From positions 9,653 through 73,652 of the forward strand of contig CACIBF010000001.1 of the NCBI GenBank assembly GCA_902584815.1: a stretch of DNA of 64,000 nucleotides. Reading direction: 5' to 3'. Shown piece by piece: positions 11,429 to 22,301 of this stretch. The translations under genes were made by a program, and so were the position numbers. Under the pieces are notes generated by a model. It saw nothing but the letters and a program-made list of their open reading frames with translations, searched no databases and was not told where the DNA came from. Within the stretch, counting starts at the first letter, position 1; every line of letters starts with the position of its first letter. This DNA is from an uncultured Pelagibacteraceae bacterium. GTDB taxonomy: Bacteria; Pseudomonadota; Alphaproteobacteria; Pelagibacterales; AG-422-B15.

Positions 11429-12235
11429 TTATTTTCCTTTGAAGTTAGGTTTCTTTTTTTGTAGAAAAGACATAACACCATTAAAGCAGTCTTCAGTCTT
11501 ACCTGCTATTGTTTGAGCTTTACTTTCAGCGTTTAGCTGTGTCTCAAAGTCATTACTTAAACTTTCCCAGTATAGTTTTCTCATTAATTTATAAGCAATA
11601 GTTGGCCCATTTGCGATTTCAGTAGCAGTCTTAATCGTTTCTTTCATTAAATTTTCTTGATCATAAACAAAATTTATTAATCCCCATGAAAGAGCCTTTT
11701 CAGCTGTTATTTTTTCGCCCAACATTGATAATTCTATAGCTCTTGCCATGCCAATTTTTCGAGGAAGTATATATGTCGATCCAGCATCTGGAACTAATCC
11801 AATAAATTTAAAAGCCTGATAGAAATATGATTTATCAGAAGCAAATATTAGATCACCAATGATTCCTAGTGAACATCCAGCACCAGCTGCAACACCATTA
11901 ATTGCAGTAATAACAGGTATTTCTAAATTTTTTAAATCTATAAGCATTGGATGATAATGGGTTAACAATCCTTTTCCTAAATCTCTATCCATTGGATTAC
12001 CACTTTCTGAAGGAGCGGCATTTGTATCGATTAAATTAGCCCCAGCACAAAACCCTCGTCCTTCTCCCGTAATTACAAGACACCTCGCACTTGTTTTATC
12101 GGCATTGATAAGTTTAATTTGTTCATGTATCTCAATTAACATTTCCAAAGAAAGGGCGTTCAGTCTTTCAGGGTCATTCAATGTTAAAACAGCTACATTA
12201 TTTTCATCAATATGAAATTTTATTTTATTTGGCAT
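11429..12235 (-). CDS. Enoyl-CoA hydratase/isomerase (crotonase) family protein
   Basis: 268 aa. FCAGANL oxyanion region and INGVAAGAGCSLG. Confidence 0.85.
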   Translation of the reverse strand: MPNKIKFHIDENNVAVLTLNDPERLNALSLEMLIEIHEQIKLINADKTSARCLVITGEGRGFCAGANLIDTNAAPSESGNPMDRDLGKGLLTHYHPMLIDLKNLEIPVITAINGVAAGAGCSLGIIGDLIFASDKSYFYQAFKFIGLVPDAGSTYILPRKIGMARAIELSMLGEKITAEKALSWGLINFVYDQENLMKETIKTATEIANGPTIAYKLMRKLYWESLSNDFETQLNAESKAQTIAGKTEDCFNGVMSFLQKKKPNFKGK

Positions 12236-12359
12236 AAATAAAAAAATTATAATAAAAGATTAGTAAGATCATAATATCGACGTATTAAGTGTCAATATAT
12301 TCTAATTGAATTATACTTATAATTTCTATACGATCTAAATAATTTAAAGAGGTAAAAAT

Positions 12360-13817
12360 ATGGGTTTAGGTGGAGTAAGTGTAGCATCAGATTATCCTGA
12401 AGTTTCTAAGGATGAATTAGAGAGAATTCTCAATAGTCTCAAAAAAAGATTTCAAAATGGTGACTATCCTAATTATAAAGAGAGAATAGATAGAATAAAT
12501 AGATTAAAACTTCTTGTAGAGGAAAACTCAGAAGACTTCCACAAGGCTTTACAGAATGATTTTGGAACAAGGCATGAGCAACTAAGCTTACTGTCAGATA
12601 CTTTACCTATCATTGCTAGCGCAAAACATATTTCAAAAAATTTAAGTAAATGGATGAAGCCTGAAAAAAGAAAACCCAATTTCCCTCTAGGATTGCTGGG
12701 CGCCAAAGCATTTATTCATAATCAACCTTACGGAGTAGTAGGGATTATCTCACCATGGAACTTTCCACTTAATTTGAGTTTAGGCCCATTGGTTGAAGTA
12801 TTTGCCGCTGGAAATAATGCAATGATGAAATTATCAGAGTTTGTTCCTGAAACATCTGATTTAACTGAAAAGTTAGTAAAAGAATACTTTAATGATGATG
12901 AAGTGGTTGTAATCAATGGCGGGCCTCAAACATCTCAGTCTTTTGCTGGTCTTGCTTTTGATCATTTATTATTTACTGGATCAACTCATATAGCAAAAAA
13001 AATTGCCTATGAAGCATCTGAAAATTTAGTTCCCCTCACACTCGAGCTTGGTGGAAAGTCTCCAGTTATCGTTGGCCCTAAAGCTAAAATGAAGAAAAGT
13101 GTTGATAAAATTATGATGGGTAAATTGCTTAATGCTGGTCAGATATGTATTTCGCCTGATTACGTATTTCTTCCTGAAGGAAAAGAGAATGAGTTTGTTG
13201 AGCATGCTAAGTCATATGTACAAGAGTCATACGAAACTCTGAAGAATAATCCTGATTACACTTCAATCATTCATTTGAATCATTATGAAAGATTAAGATC
13301 ATATATTTCGGATGCAAAATCTAAAGGAGCAGAAATTGTAGAAATCAATCCTGCTAATGAAGATCTTACACAACAAGAACATCATAAAATCCCTCCAACA
13401 TTAATTCTTAATCCAACTGATGATATGGAGGTTATGAAAAATGAAATTTTTGGGCCTATCTTGCCTGTTATGTCGTATAAAAATTTTGATGAAACTATTA
13501 AATATGTAAATCATAACCCAAAAGCACTTGCTCTTTATTATTTTGGTGATGATGCAAAAGAAGTTGACGATCTTTTAAATAAAACTACATCAGGACAACT
13601 TGTGACCAACGATGTTCTTTTTCAATTTTCAATGCATGACCTTCCATTCGGAGGAGTGGGCCCAAGTGGTTCAGGGTCATACCATGGTCATGATGGATAT
13701 CGCAATTTCAGTCATAAAAGAGCAGTATTAAAAGGACAAAATTTAATTGATGCTGGAAAAATGGTTTCAGCTCCTTATAGTGAAAAAACAGAAAAAAATA
13801 TAAAGAATTTAGCTTAA
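12360..13817 (+). CDS. NAD(P)-dependent aldehyde dehydrogenase (coniferyl/fatty-aldehyde DH-like)
   Basis: LELGGKSP (catalytic Glu) and GQICISPDY (catalytic Cys). SD-like AAGAGG upstream. Confidence 0.88.
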   Translation: MGLGGVSVASDYPEVSKDELERILNSLKKRFQNGDYPNYKERIDRINRLKLLVEENSEDFHKALQNDFGTRHEQLSLLSDTLPIIASAKHISKNLSKWMKPEKRKPNFPLGLLGAKAFIHNQPYGVVGIISPWNFPLNLSLGPLVEVFAAGNNAMMKLSEFVPETSDLTEKLVKEYFNDDEVVVINGGPQTSQSFAGLAFDHLLFTGSTHIAKKIAYEASENLVPLTLELGGKSPVIVGPKAKMKKSVDKIMMGKLLNAGQICISPDYVFLPEGKENEFVEHAKSYVQESYETLKNNPDYTSIIHLNHYERLRSYISDAKSKGAEIVEINPANEDLTQQEHHKIPPTLILNPTDDMEVMKNEIFGPILPVMSYKNFDETIKYVNHNPKALALYYFGDDAKEVDDLLNKTTSGQLVTNDVLFQFSMHDLPFGGVGPSGSGSYHGHDGYRNFSHKRAVLKGQNLIDAGKMVSAPYSEKTEKNIKNLA

Positions 13818-15796
13818 AGAATATTTTCTGCAGAAACTCGTTTTGAATTTTCAGTTATAAACTTAAATCTCAGCTCTGGTTTTTTCCCCATGAGGGCTTC
13901 TACAGATTTCTTAGTTTTTTTCTTATCTTTTGAGGCAATTTGAACTTTAAGCAATGTTCTATTTTCAGGAGACATTGTTGTATCTTTTAATTGAGCTGGC
14001 ATCATTTCACCTAGACCCTTAAATCGATTTATTTCAATATTTTCAGAATTTTTAAATTCTTTTTTCACTATGTCATCTTTATGTCTTTCACTTACCGCGT
14101 AAAAGATTTTACCTCCTTTAGATATTTTAAATAGAGGGGGAACAGACAAATAAAGTTGGCCATCATCAATTAATTTAGGAAATTCATTATAGAAAAATCC
14201 CATTAGAAGAGTAGCGATATGGGCTCCATCTACATCAGCATCTGTCATAATGATTATTTTTTCATATCTAATATCTTTAGAGTTATAGTTATCGCCTCTT
14301 TTACAGCCAAGGGCTTGTATGAGATCAACAATTTCCTGATTGGCATTTATTTTATCTCTAGATGCACTTATTACATTGAGTATCTTACCTCTTAAGGGAA
14401 GTATAGCCTGCGTCTGCCTATCTCTTGCCTGCTTAGCTGATCCACCAGCTGAGTCACCTTCAACTAAAAAAAGTTCAGTACCTTTGTTACCACTAATAGT
14501 GCAATCGGCAAGTTTACCGGGTAGTGTAATTTTTTTTCTTTTTACTTGTCGTTCAATTGCAAGCTCTGATTTATTTTGAAGTCTGATTTGAGATCGGTTG
14601 AAGGCATAATAGAATAATTGTTCAGCTGTTTTTGTTTTTTTTGCCAACCATTGTTCAAATAGTTGTTTAATTTTTAATTCAATCTTTTTGCCTGGCTCAA
14701 TACTAGATAGTTTTTCTTTTGTTTGGCCTTGAAATTCAGGATTTTCAATAAATATTGATAATATAGAAGCTGATGATCCAAAAATATCATCTTGTGTAAT
14801 TTGAGAGGCTTTTCTCTCAAATTTAATTTTTGAATAGTCTTTAAATGCTTTAAACATACCATTTTTAAAACCATTTTCATGAGTTCCACCCAAAGGTGTT
14901 TGTATAGTGTTACAATATGACTGGTTAATTGGTTCTATTGCATCAAACCAATTTATAATTCCTTCAATACTATTTCCTTCATCGTCAATATTGGCCTTAA
15001 AGTAGAACCCTTCGTCAAATATGGGTTCGTTTGGATTTACTAACGCGGATAAGTAATCATGAATCCCTTTTGCATAATGAAGTCTGTCCTGCGTCGGTAT
15101 ATTTTTTTTAACTAAATTTTTTGGACATGACCAATTAATCTCAACATTTGGGATTAAATAGGCCTTTGCTTTTGCCATATTATAAATAATAGATGAGTCA
15201 AAATTTTCTTTTCCAAAAATTTCATCATCAGGAGTAAATTTTATTTTTGTACCTTTCTTAATACTTCCACGTGAAATAGTTTTTAATTTATTTTTTCTAA
15301 CCCCTCTTGAGTAAGTTTGAGTATAAAATCTTTTATCTCTCGCAATTTCAAGGTCTAGTTTTTTCGACAAGGCGTTAACAACTGAAACACCAACGCCGTG
15401 TAACCCACCTGAAGTTTGATAATTTTTATTAGAAAATTTTCCACCAGAGTGAAGCGTTGTGAGAATGACCTCTACGGCCGGAAGTTTAAACTTTGGATGT
15501 TTATCAACTGGTATACCTCGACCATTATCAGAAATTTCAATTGTTGTGCTATCAATTAAATTAATATTAACTTTATTTGCATGACCTGAAACTACTTCAT
15601 CCATTGAATTGTCAAGGACCTCGCTTACTAAATGATGCATGGCATGAACATCTGTTCCACCAATATACATTCCTGGCCTTTTACGAACAGGTTCAAGGCC
15701 CTCAAGAACCTCTATGTCTTTAGCGGTATAATTTGTATTCTTAGCTTTTGTTGTTTTTTTTGCCAACTTAGCTCTTTTTTTTGTTTTTTTGACCAT
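13814..15796 (-). CDS. parE: DNA topoisomerase IV subunit B
   Basis: GHKL ATPase (EVLDNSMDE, GLHGVGVSVVNALS) and Toprim (ELFLVEGDSAGGSAKQARDR, IMTDADVDGAHI). The 660-aa length without a GyrB-type insert favours ParE. Lys-rich N-terminal extension. Confidence 0.85.
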   Translation of the reverse strand: MVKKTKKRAKLAKKTTKAKNTNYTAKDIEVLEGLEPVRKRPGMYIGGTDVHAMHHLVSEVLDNSMDEVVSGHANKVNINLIDSTTIEISDNGRGIPVDKHPKFKLPAVEVILTTLHSGGKFSNKNYQTSGGLHGVGVSVVNALSKKLDLEIARDKRFYTQTYSRGVRKNKLKTISRGSIKKGTKIKFTPDDEIFGKENFDSSIIYNMAKAKAYLIPNVEINWSCPKNLVKKNIPTQDRLHYAKGIHDYLSALVNPNEPIFDEGFYFKANIDDEGNSIEGIINWFDAIEPINQSYCNTIQTPLGGTHENGFKNGMFKAFKDYSKIKFERKASQITQDDIFGSSASILSIFIENPEFQGQTKEKLSSIEPGKKIELKIKQLFEQWLAKKTKTAEQLFYYAFNRSQIRLQNKSELAIERQVKRKKITLPGKLADCTISGNKGTELFLVEGDSAGGSAKQARDRQTQAILPLRGKILNVISASRDKINANQEIVDLIQALGCKRGDNYNSKDIRYEKIIIMTDADVDGAHIATLLMGFFYNEFPKLIDDGQLYLSVPPLFKISKGGKIFYAVSERHKDDIVKKEFKNSENIEINRFKGLGEMMPAQLKDTTMSPENRTLLKVQIASKDKKKTKKSVEALMGKKPELRFKFITENSKRVSAENIL

Positions 15797-15875
15797 TAAT
15801 AGTATTGATATTATTAGATTCTTTACATTGTGGTATATTTTATTAGTCTATCGAAATATTTTTTTTGGATTATTT

Positions 15876-17495
15876 ATGCCCGTTATTGAATCAAAAATAA
15901 TGATAAACTCTAATTCTTTTAAAAAGAATGAAGCAGATCATATAGAATTAATCAATGAATTTAGATCGTTAGAAAAAAAAATCGCTGATAATTCTGAGAG
16001 AGCCAAGCCAAAATTTGAAAAGAGAGGTCAGCTTCTTCCAAGAGAAAGACTTGCAGCTCTTTTAGACCCTGATAGCTATTTCATATCCCTTTCTACTCTT
16101 GCTGGATATAAAATGGGAGATGATGATGGAGATAAAAATATTTCAGGAGGCGGTGGTATTAGTGGAATAGGATATGTATCAGGCGTAAGATGCATGGTCA
16201 GCGCTTCAGACTCTGGAATTAAGGGCGGAAGCATGACAGAAATGGGTGTTGTTAAAGCGCTTCGAGGAGCTGAAATCATAAAAGAAAATAAGCTTCCATT
16301 AATTAGTCTTGTTGAAAGCGCAGGGGCAAATCTCTTTAGACAATCGGAAGTTTTTTTGCCAGGTGGACGTAGTTTTGCAAACTTAGCTAAAATTTCTGCT
16401 ATGGGCATACCTACAATTGCAGTAGTTCATGGCAATTCTACTGCTGGAGGCGCATACACACCTGGATTATCAGATCAAGTCATTGTAGTTAAAAATAGAT
16501 CTAAAATATTTTTAGCGGGCCCACCATTGCTAAAGGCAGCATTGGGTGAAATTGCTACAGATGAAGAACTTGGAGGTGCGGAGATGCATTATTCAGTTTC
16601 TGGGTTAGCTGAATACATAGCTGAAGATGATGCTGAAGCAATAAAAAAATGTAGAGAGGTTGTTAAAAACTTAGGGTGGAATGATGGATTTACATCAACC
16701 AAAAATGAGAATTTTAGTGAACCTATTTATTCCCCTGATGAACTTATAGGTGTCGTGCCTACAGATTATAAAAAACCTTATGATGTTCGAGAGGTCATCG
16801 CTCGTATAGTTGATGGCTCTGAATATTTAGATTTTAAACCTGAATTTGGAAAACAAACTGTTACAGGCACTGCACGAATTCATGGTTATAAAGTTGGAAT
16901 CATTGGAAACAATGGACCAATTTTTGCTGACGGCGCTGTTAAGGCAGCTCAGTTTATTCAATTATGCTCAAAGCATAATACACCTCTTATTTTTTTACAA
17001 AATACGACTGGCTATATGGTTGGAACAAAAGAAGAGAGGAGAGGAATTATTAAGCATGGATCAAAAATGATTCAAGCTGTTACAAATTGTACAGTTCCAA
17101 AAATTACATTACGAATTGGCGCATCGTTTGGAGCGGGTGAATATGGTATGGCCGGTAGATCATTTGATCCCAGATTTTTGTTTTCATGGCCTAATAATAA
17201 ATTAAGCGTGATGGGCGGTGAGCAGGCTGGAAGAACCATGTCACAAGTTGCAGTTGAGTCTGCTAAGAGAAGAGGAGAAGAGCCTAATATGGAAATGATT
17301 AAGGTAATCGAACAAAAAATAATTGACACTTATAAAGAAGAAGGCGAAGCCTTATTCGCAACTGCAAGGATCTGGGATGATGGCATAATTGATCCAAGAG
17401 ATACAAGGAAAATTTTAGGCGAGTGTTTGAATATCGTTTGCGACTCTGAAAAAAGAGATTTACGTCCAAATTCGTTTGGTGTTGGACGAATGTAG
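15876..17495 (+). CDS. mccB: Methylcrotonoyl-CoA carboxylase beta subunit (acyl-CoA carboxyltransferase)
   Basis: RGQLLPRERLAALLDP near the N-terminus and ARIWDDGIIDPRDTR near the C-terminus. Start moved to ATG 15876 because the ORF-track start at 15789 would overlap the divergent parE start. Confidence 0.8.
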   Translation: MPVIESKIMINSNSFKKNEADHIELINEFRSLEKKIADNSERAKPKFEKRGQLLPRERLAALLDPDSYFISLSTLAGYKMGDDDGDKNISGGGGISGIGYVSGVRCMVSASDSGIKGGSMTEMGVVKALRGAEIIKENKLPLISLVESAGANLFRQSEVFLPGGRSFANLAKISAMGIPTIAVVHGNSTAGGAYTPGLSDQVIVVKNRSKIFLAGPPLLKAALGEIATDEELGGAEMHYSVSGLAEYIAEDDAEAIKKCREVVKNLGWNDGFTSTKNENFSEPIYSPDELIGVVPTDYKKPYDVREVIARIVDGSEYLDFKPEFGKQTVTGTARIHGYKVGIIGNNGPIFADGAVKAAQFIQLCSKHNTPLIFLQNTTGYMVGTKEERRGIIKHGSKMIQAVTNCTVPKITLRIGASFGAGEYGMAGRSFDPRFLFSWPNNKLSVMGGEQAGRTMSQVAVESAKRRGEEPNMEMIKVIEQKIIDTYKEEGEALFATARIWDDGIIDPRDTRKILGECLNIVCDSEKRDLRPNSFGVGRM

Positions 17496-17497
17496 AT

Positions 17498-18673
17498 TTA
17501 GTTTTTACCTGGTAAAATATCCAAATACTTCGAAATAATCCCAAGCATAACTTCATCTGAGCCACCTCCAATTGAACCTAATCGTTGATCTCGATAAGCT
17601 CTTGATACTGGAGTTTCATCCATAAAGCCCATGCCACCCCAGTATTGTAGGCAAGCATCATTAACTTCTCTTGCTAATCTAGTAGATTTCAGCTTTGACA
17701 TAGATGCTAGTTTGGTACAGTCGCCACCATTAACATGAATCTCAATTCCTTTCCATGTAAGTGCCTTTAGCGCTTCAACTTCGGTCATTAATTCTGACAG
17801 TCTAAAGTGAACAATCTGATTATCTATTATTGGTTTACCAAAAGTTTTACGCTGACGAGTATATTCAATTGTTTCATTGATAATATTTTCACAACCAGAA
17901 TAATTTCCAATAGCCGCATAAAGCCTTTCTTCTTGGAACTGTATCATTTGATAAACAAAACCCTTGCCTTCCTCACCAATAAGATTTTTAGTAGGCACGC
18001 GAACATCTTCAAAGAAAATTTCTGCAGTATCTGAAGAATGCATTCCCATCTTTTTTAATTTTCGATTAATTGTTACACCTTTAACTCTTTCGCCATTTTC
18101 TTTAAGAGGAACACATATTAAAGATTTATTTAGATGGCGATTTTCCGAAGAGTTTCCAGTATTTGCTAACATGCACATCCAATCAGCCTGAGTTCCATTA
18201 GTAATCCACATTTTTGATCCATTTATAATGTAGTCATCGCCATCTTTTACTGCGGTTGTTTTTATTGCTGCGACATCAGAACCTGCATGTGGCTCCGAAA
18301 CGCCAATACATGAGACAAATTCTCCTGAAATAGATGGCCGAAGAAAATTTTCACAGACATGCTCAGATCCAAATCTTGCTAGAGCAGGAGTGGACATATC
18401 AGTTTGAACACCAATTGCCATTGGCACACCTCCACATTTTATACTTGCCAATGCTTCATTAAGAACAGCGCCGTACGAGTAATCAAGACCTGATCCGCCG
18501 TATTTTTCTGGTTTTGTTACCCCTAGAAATCCATTGTCACCTAATTTTTTAAAAACTTCATGCGCTGGAAAGATTTCATCTTCTTCCCATTGATCTACAT
18601 AAGGGTTAATTTCAGTATCAACAAACTTAATTGCAGATCTTTTAAGTTCTTCATGTTCAGAGGTTAATTCCAT
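17498..18673 (-). CDS. Acyl-CoA dehydrogenase
   Basis: 391 aa. GVSEPHAGSDV, MWITNG, and C-terminal YRDQRLGSIGGGSDEV. Substrate not assignable. Confidence 0.88.
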   Translation of the reverse strand: MELTSEHEELKRSAIKFVDTEINPYVDQWEEDEIFPAHEVFKKLGDNGFLGVTKPEKYGGSGLDYSYGAVLNEALASIKCGGVPMAIGVQTDMSTPALARFGSEHVCENFLRPSISGEFVSCIGVSEPHAGSDVAAIKTTAVKDGDDYIINGSKMWITNGTQADWMCMLANTGNSSENRHLNKSLICVPLKENGERVKGVTINRKLKKMGMHSSDTAEIFFEDVRVPTKNLIGEEGKGFVYQMIQFQEERLYAAIGNYSGCENIINETIEYTRQRKTFGKPIIDNQIVHFRLSELMTEVEALKALTWKGIEIHVNGGDCTKLASMSKLKSTRLAREVNDACLQYWGGMGFMDETPVSRAYRDQRLGSIGGGSDEVMLGIISKYLDILPGKN

Positions 18674-18674
18674 A

Positions 18675-19259
18675 TTACCAGTTTATAGCATCTTCTAATC
18701 TATCGTCACCCCAAAATATTTCTCCATTTGATATGAAGCTTGGGGAACCAAATATCCCAAGTTCTCTAGCCTTGTCAGTTTGAGCATTGTATTTTTCAAT
18801 AATAGTATTTGAACTTGAATTTTTTATTAGATCGTTAGGATTAAAATTCATATCTTTTGAAACTTTGTCAATACACTCTTCTGAACCAGCTTCAATCCCA
18901 TTCTCAAACCAATACTTGTAAGTAAGTTTTACATACTGTTCACACCAGCCCTCATTAACACCATGTACAGCAATTTGATTTGCTAAATCAAAATTTTTGA
19001 GAGGATATGGAGCTGGTATTTTAGGACTTAAATTATAATTTTTTGCTCTTCGAGATATATCTCTCCACATATAATCTGACTTAACTTTTTTTTCAGGGGG
19101 AGTGAATGGAATATTATTCATTTCCATCATTAATTTTCTAACACTAAAAGGATTCCATACAAAAGAAACTTGATGGTCATCTTTAACTTTTGAAATCCTA
19201 CTTACAGAAAGGTAAGTATAAGTGCTACCAATTGAAAACCAGAAATCAATTGTTTTCAC
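18675..19259 (-). CDS. DsbA-like thioredoxin-fold protein (2-hydroxychromene-2-carboxylate isomerase family)
   Basis: GTG start with a GGAGG SD 8 nt upstream. IDFWFSIGSTYTYL (no CxxC, as in the HCCA-isomerase subgroup). C-terminal GSPSFISNGEIFWGDDRLE. Confidence 0.7.
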   Translation of the reverse strand: MKTIDFWFSIGSTYTYLSVSRISKVKDDHQVSFVWNPFSVRKLMMEMNNIPFTPPEKKVKSDYMWRDISRRAKNYNLSPKIPAPYPLKNFDLANQIAVHGVNEGWCEQYVKLTYKYWFENGIEAGSEECIDKVSKDMNFNPNDLIKNSSSNTIIEKYNAQTDKARELGIFGSPSFISNGEIFWGDDRLEDAINW

Positions 19260-19294
19260 AAAAAAAAGCCTCCAAATTGAAATAATCTTTAGAT

Positions 19295-20704
19295 CTATAC
19301 ACTGAAGTAGTTCTTGAATTCTACAGGGTGAGGTGAGTGTTCTAAATCATATACCTCCTGCATTTTAAGATCTATGTATCCGTCAATTTGATCATCAGTA
19401 AAAACGCCACCTTCAGTTAAAAATGCTCTATCTTGATCAACTGCCTCTAAAGCTTCTCTTAAAGAGCCACAAACTGTTGGCAGCTTTGCAACTTCATTAT
19501 CTGAAAGTTCATAGAGATCTTGATCACTTGCATCTCCAGGATGAATTTTATTTTTTATTCCATCCATTCCTGCCATAAGCATTGCAGCAAATGCCAAGTA
19601 TGGATTTGCAGTTGGATCAGGAAACCTTACTTCAACTCTTTTTCCTTTTGGACTATCAGATACAGGTATTCTGCACGAGGCTGATCTGTTTCTTGCTGAG
19701 TAAACTAGTATCACAGGGGCTTCAAATCCAGGAATAAGACGCTTATAACTATTAGTGCTTGGGTTTGTAAAAGCGTTAAGAGCTTTGCCATGTTTAATTA
19801 TACCTCCAATATAATGAAGGGCAGTTTCGGATAATCCCGCATATCCATCTCCTGCAAAAAGAGGTTTTCCATCTTTCCAAATTGATTGATGAACATGCAT
19901 ACCGGACCCATTATCACCTTTTACTGGCTTAGGCATAAACGTAGCTGTTTTGCCAAAAGAATTAGCAACCATGTGTACACCATATTTATATAATTGTATC
20001 CCATCTCCTTGTTTTAAGAGAGTATCAAACAATAAACCAAGCTCATGTTGACTAGGAGCAACTTCATGATGATGCTTTTCCATTCTAAGACCTAAATTTT
20101 TTAATTCCTCAAGAAACTCAGTTCTTATATCTTGAGCACTGTCAACTGGAGGTACAGGAAAATAACCTCCTTTTATTCCAGGTCTGTGACCAAGGTTTCC
20201 ACTTTCATAATTTTTTGCACTGTTATAAGGCCCTTCAGAACTATCAATCTCAAAGCTAGATTTATTCATTTCTACTTGAAACTTAACGTCATCGAAAACA
20301 AAAAACTCTGCTTCAGGACCAATGTAAACTGAGTCACCTATACCACTTGATTTAACATATTCTTCTGCTTTTTTTGCAGTCCCACGTGGATCTCTTTCAT
20401 AGGGTTCTTTTGTAACTGCATCAAGAATATTGCAAAAAATCATCATTGTTGGCTGAGCTGTGAATGGATCCATGACTGTGGTGGAGAGATCAGGCTTGAG
20501 AACCATATCGGATTCATTTATTGCTTTCCATCCCGCAATAGATGAACCATCAAAGAATACACCATTATTAAGAAGATCCTCATCTACAACAGTCCCATCC
20601 ATTGTGAGGTGCTGCCATTTACCTTTAACATCAGTAAATCTTAGATCTAAATATTTGGCTCCAGAATCTCTGAATGCCTTTAATGCTTCACTTGAAGTAG
20701 TCAT
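19295..20704 (-). CDS. glnA: Glutamine synthetase type I
   Basis: 469 aa. GSGMHVHQS. The adenylylation-loop Tyr is retained (DQDLYELSD). Confidence 0.95.
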   Translation of the reverse strand: MTTSSEALKAFRDSGAKYLDLRFTDVKGKWQHLTMDGTVVDEDLLNNGVFFDGSSIAGWKAINESDMVLKPDLSTTVMDPFTAQPTMMIFCNILDAVTKEPYERDPRGTAKKAEEYVKSSGIGDSVYIGPEAEFFVFDDVKFQVEMNKSSFEIDSSEGPYNSAKNYESGNLGHRPGIKGGYFPVPPVDSAQDIRTEFLEELKNLGLRMEKHHHEVAPSQHELGLLFDTLLKQGDGIQLYKYGVHMVANSFGKTATFMPKPVKGDNGSGMHVHQSIWKDGKPLFAGDGYAGLSETALHYIGGIIKHGKALNAFTNPSTNSYKRLIPGFEAPVILVYSARNRSASCRIPVSDSPKGKRVEVRFPDPTANPYLAFAAMLMAGMDGIKNKIHPGDASDQDLYELSDNEVAKLPTVCGSLREALEAVDQDRAFLTEGGVFTDDQIDGYIDLKMQEVYDLEHSPHPVEFKNYFSV

Positions 20705-20745
20705 GTTGTCTCCCCTAAAAACGTTAACTAAGTTAATGTTACAGC

Positions 20746-21717
20746 TTACTTAGTTAAAGTTCCAACAATATGTGCAAGTATTTTATATGGATCTGCGTTT
20801 GAAGCAGGTCTTCTATCTTCTAAATAACCATTCCAATTATTTTCAACTGTATAAACAGGTATCCGAATACTCGCTCCTCTATCGCTAACTCCATAAGAAA
20901 ATTGCTCAATATTTTGAGTTTCATGGAGGCCAGTTAGTCTCATATCATTATCTGAGCCATATGATGCGATACCATCTTCATGAACCTTGCCTAGTTTTTC
21001 ACACATGGATGAAAATAATTCTTCAGAGCCCTTTGATCTCATCTCTTCATTAGAAAAATTGGTGTGCATTCCAGAACCATTCCAGTCACCAGTTTTTGGC
21101 TTTGGATGAATATTAACGCCTGCACCATATTTTTCAGCAGTTTTAAATAAAAGGTATCGACTTACCCATAAGTCGTCGGCTGCCTTAATGCCTTTACCAA
21201 AGCATTGATATTCCCATTGACCAAGTGCTACTTCTGCATTAGTTCCAGTCAAAGTTATGCCTACATCTAAGCATGCTTGTAGATGGGCATCTGAAATTTC
21301 ACGACCCACAACATTGCCTGCTCCAACACCACAATAGTATTCTCCTTGTTCTCTTGGAGTTCCAGACTCCCAGCCAAGAGGTTCACCATTTTTTGGATCT
21401 GTAAAAAAGAATTCTTGTTCAAAACCAAACCACCATTCATCCGTAACTACCTCAGCAGCAGCAGCTCTAAAATTTGATGGATGAGTTGTATGATCTGCAG
21501 TTTGAACTTGAGTCATAACTAAATCATGTCCATTAGGATTTGAATATGTTTGTACTGGTAATAGAAGACAATCTGAACTTCCACCCTCTGCTTGTTTTGT
21601 AGATGAGCCATCAAAAGACCAATCTGGAGCAGATCCTTGATCAGTTGCTTTTACTTTACTTCTCATGAATTGTTCAGGTTGATAACCATCTAACCAGATG
21701 TATTCAAATGTATTCAT
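20746..21717 (-). CDS. glnII: Glutamine synthetase type II (eukaryote-like)
   Basis: 323 aa. YIWLDG, WSFDGSSTKQA, GTNAEVALGQWEYQ, NGSGMHTNFS, RGASIRIP and LEDRRPASNADPY. Confidence 0.85.
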   Translation of the reverse strand: MNTFEYIWLDGYQPEQFMRSKVKATDQGSAPDWSFDGSSTKQAEGGSSDCLLLPVQTYSNPNGHDLVMTQVQTADHTTHPSNFRAAAAEVVTDEWWFGFEQEFFFTDPKNGEPLGWESGTPREQGEYYCGVGAGNVVGREISDAHLQACLDVGITLTGTNAEVALGQWEYQCFGKGIKAADDLWVSRYLLFKTAEKYGAGVNIHPKPKTGDWNGSGMHTNFSNEEMRSKGSEELFSSMCEKLGKVHEDGIASYGSDNDMRLTGLHETQNIEQFSYGVSDRGASIRIPVYTVENNWNGYLEDRRPASNADPYKILAHIVGTLTK

Positions 21718-21740
21718 GTATGCCTTCTTTCTTAAAAAAA

Positions 21741-22149
<409 letters not shown>

Positions 22150-22301
22150 GAACTTATGCCAAATTGACACAAATATTTCTATAAAATATAGTAAATTTAT
22201 AGATTTTTAAATAGTTCATTTGAATCAATAATTTATTTAAATATCTTAAAAATTTGTAATAAGTAGACTATTGAATTTATTAAGATGATGCGAAGTATAT
22301 C

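Noticed and set aside
15789-15875. Longer N-termini offered by the ORF track for mccB (15789), glnB (22109), clpX (29404) and nuoD (50221).
   Set aside because: The extensions are unconserved and overlap neighbouring genes or divergent starts. Internal ATGs reproduce the canonical N-termini of each family.
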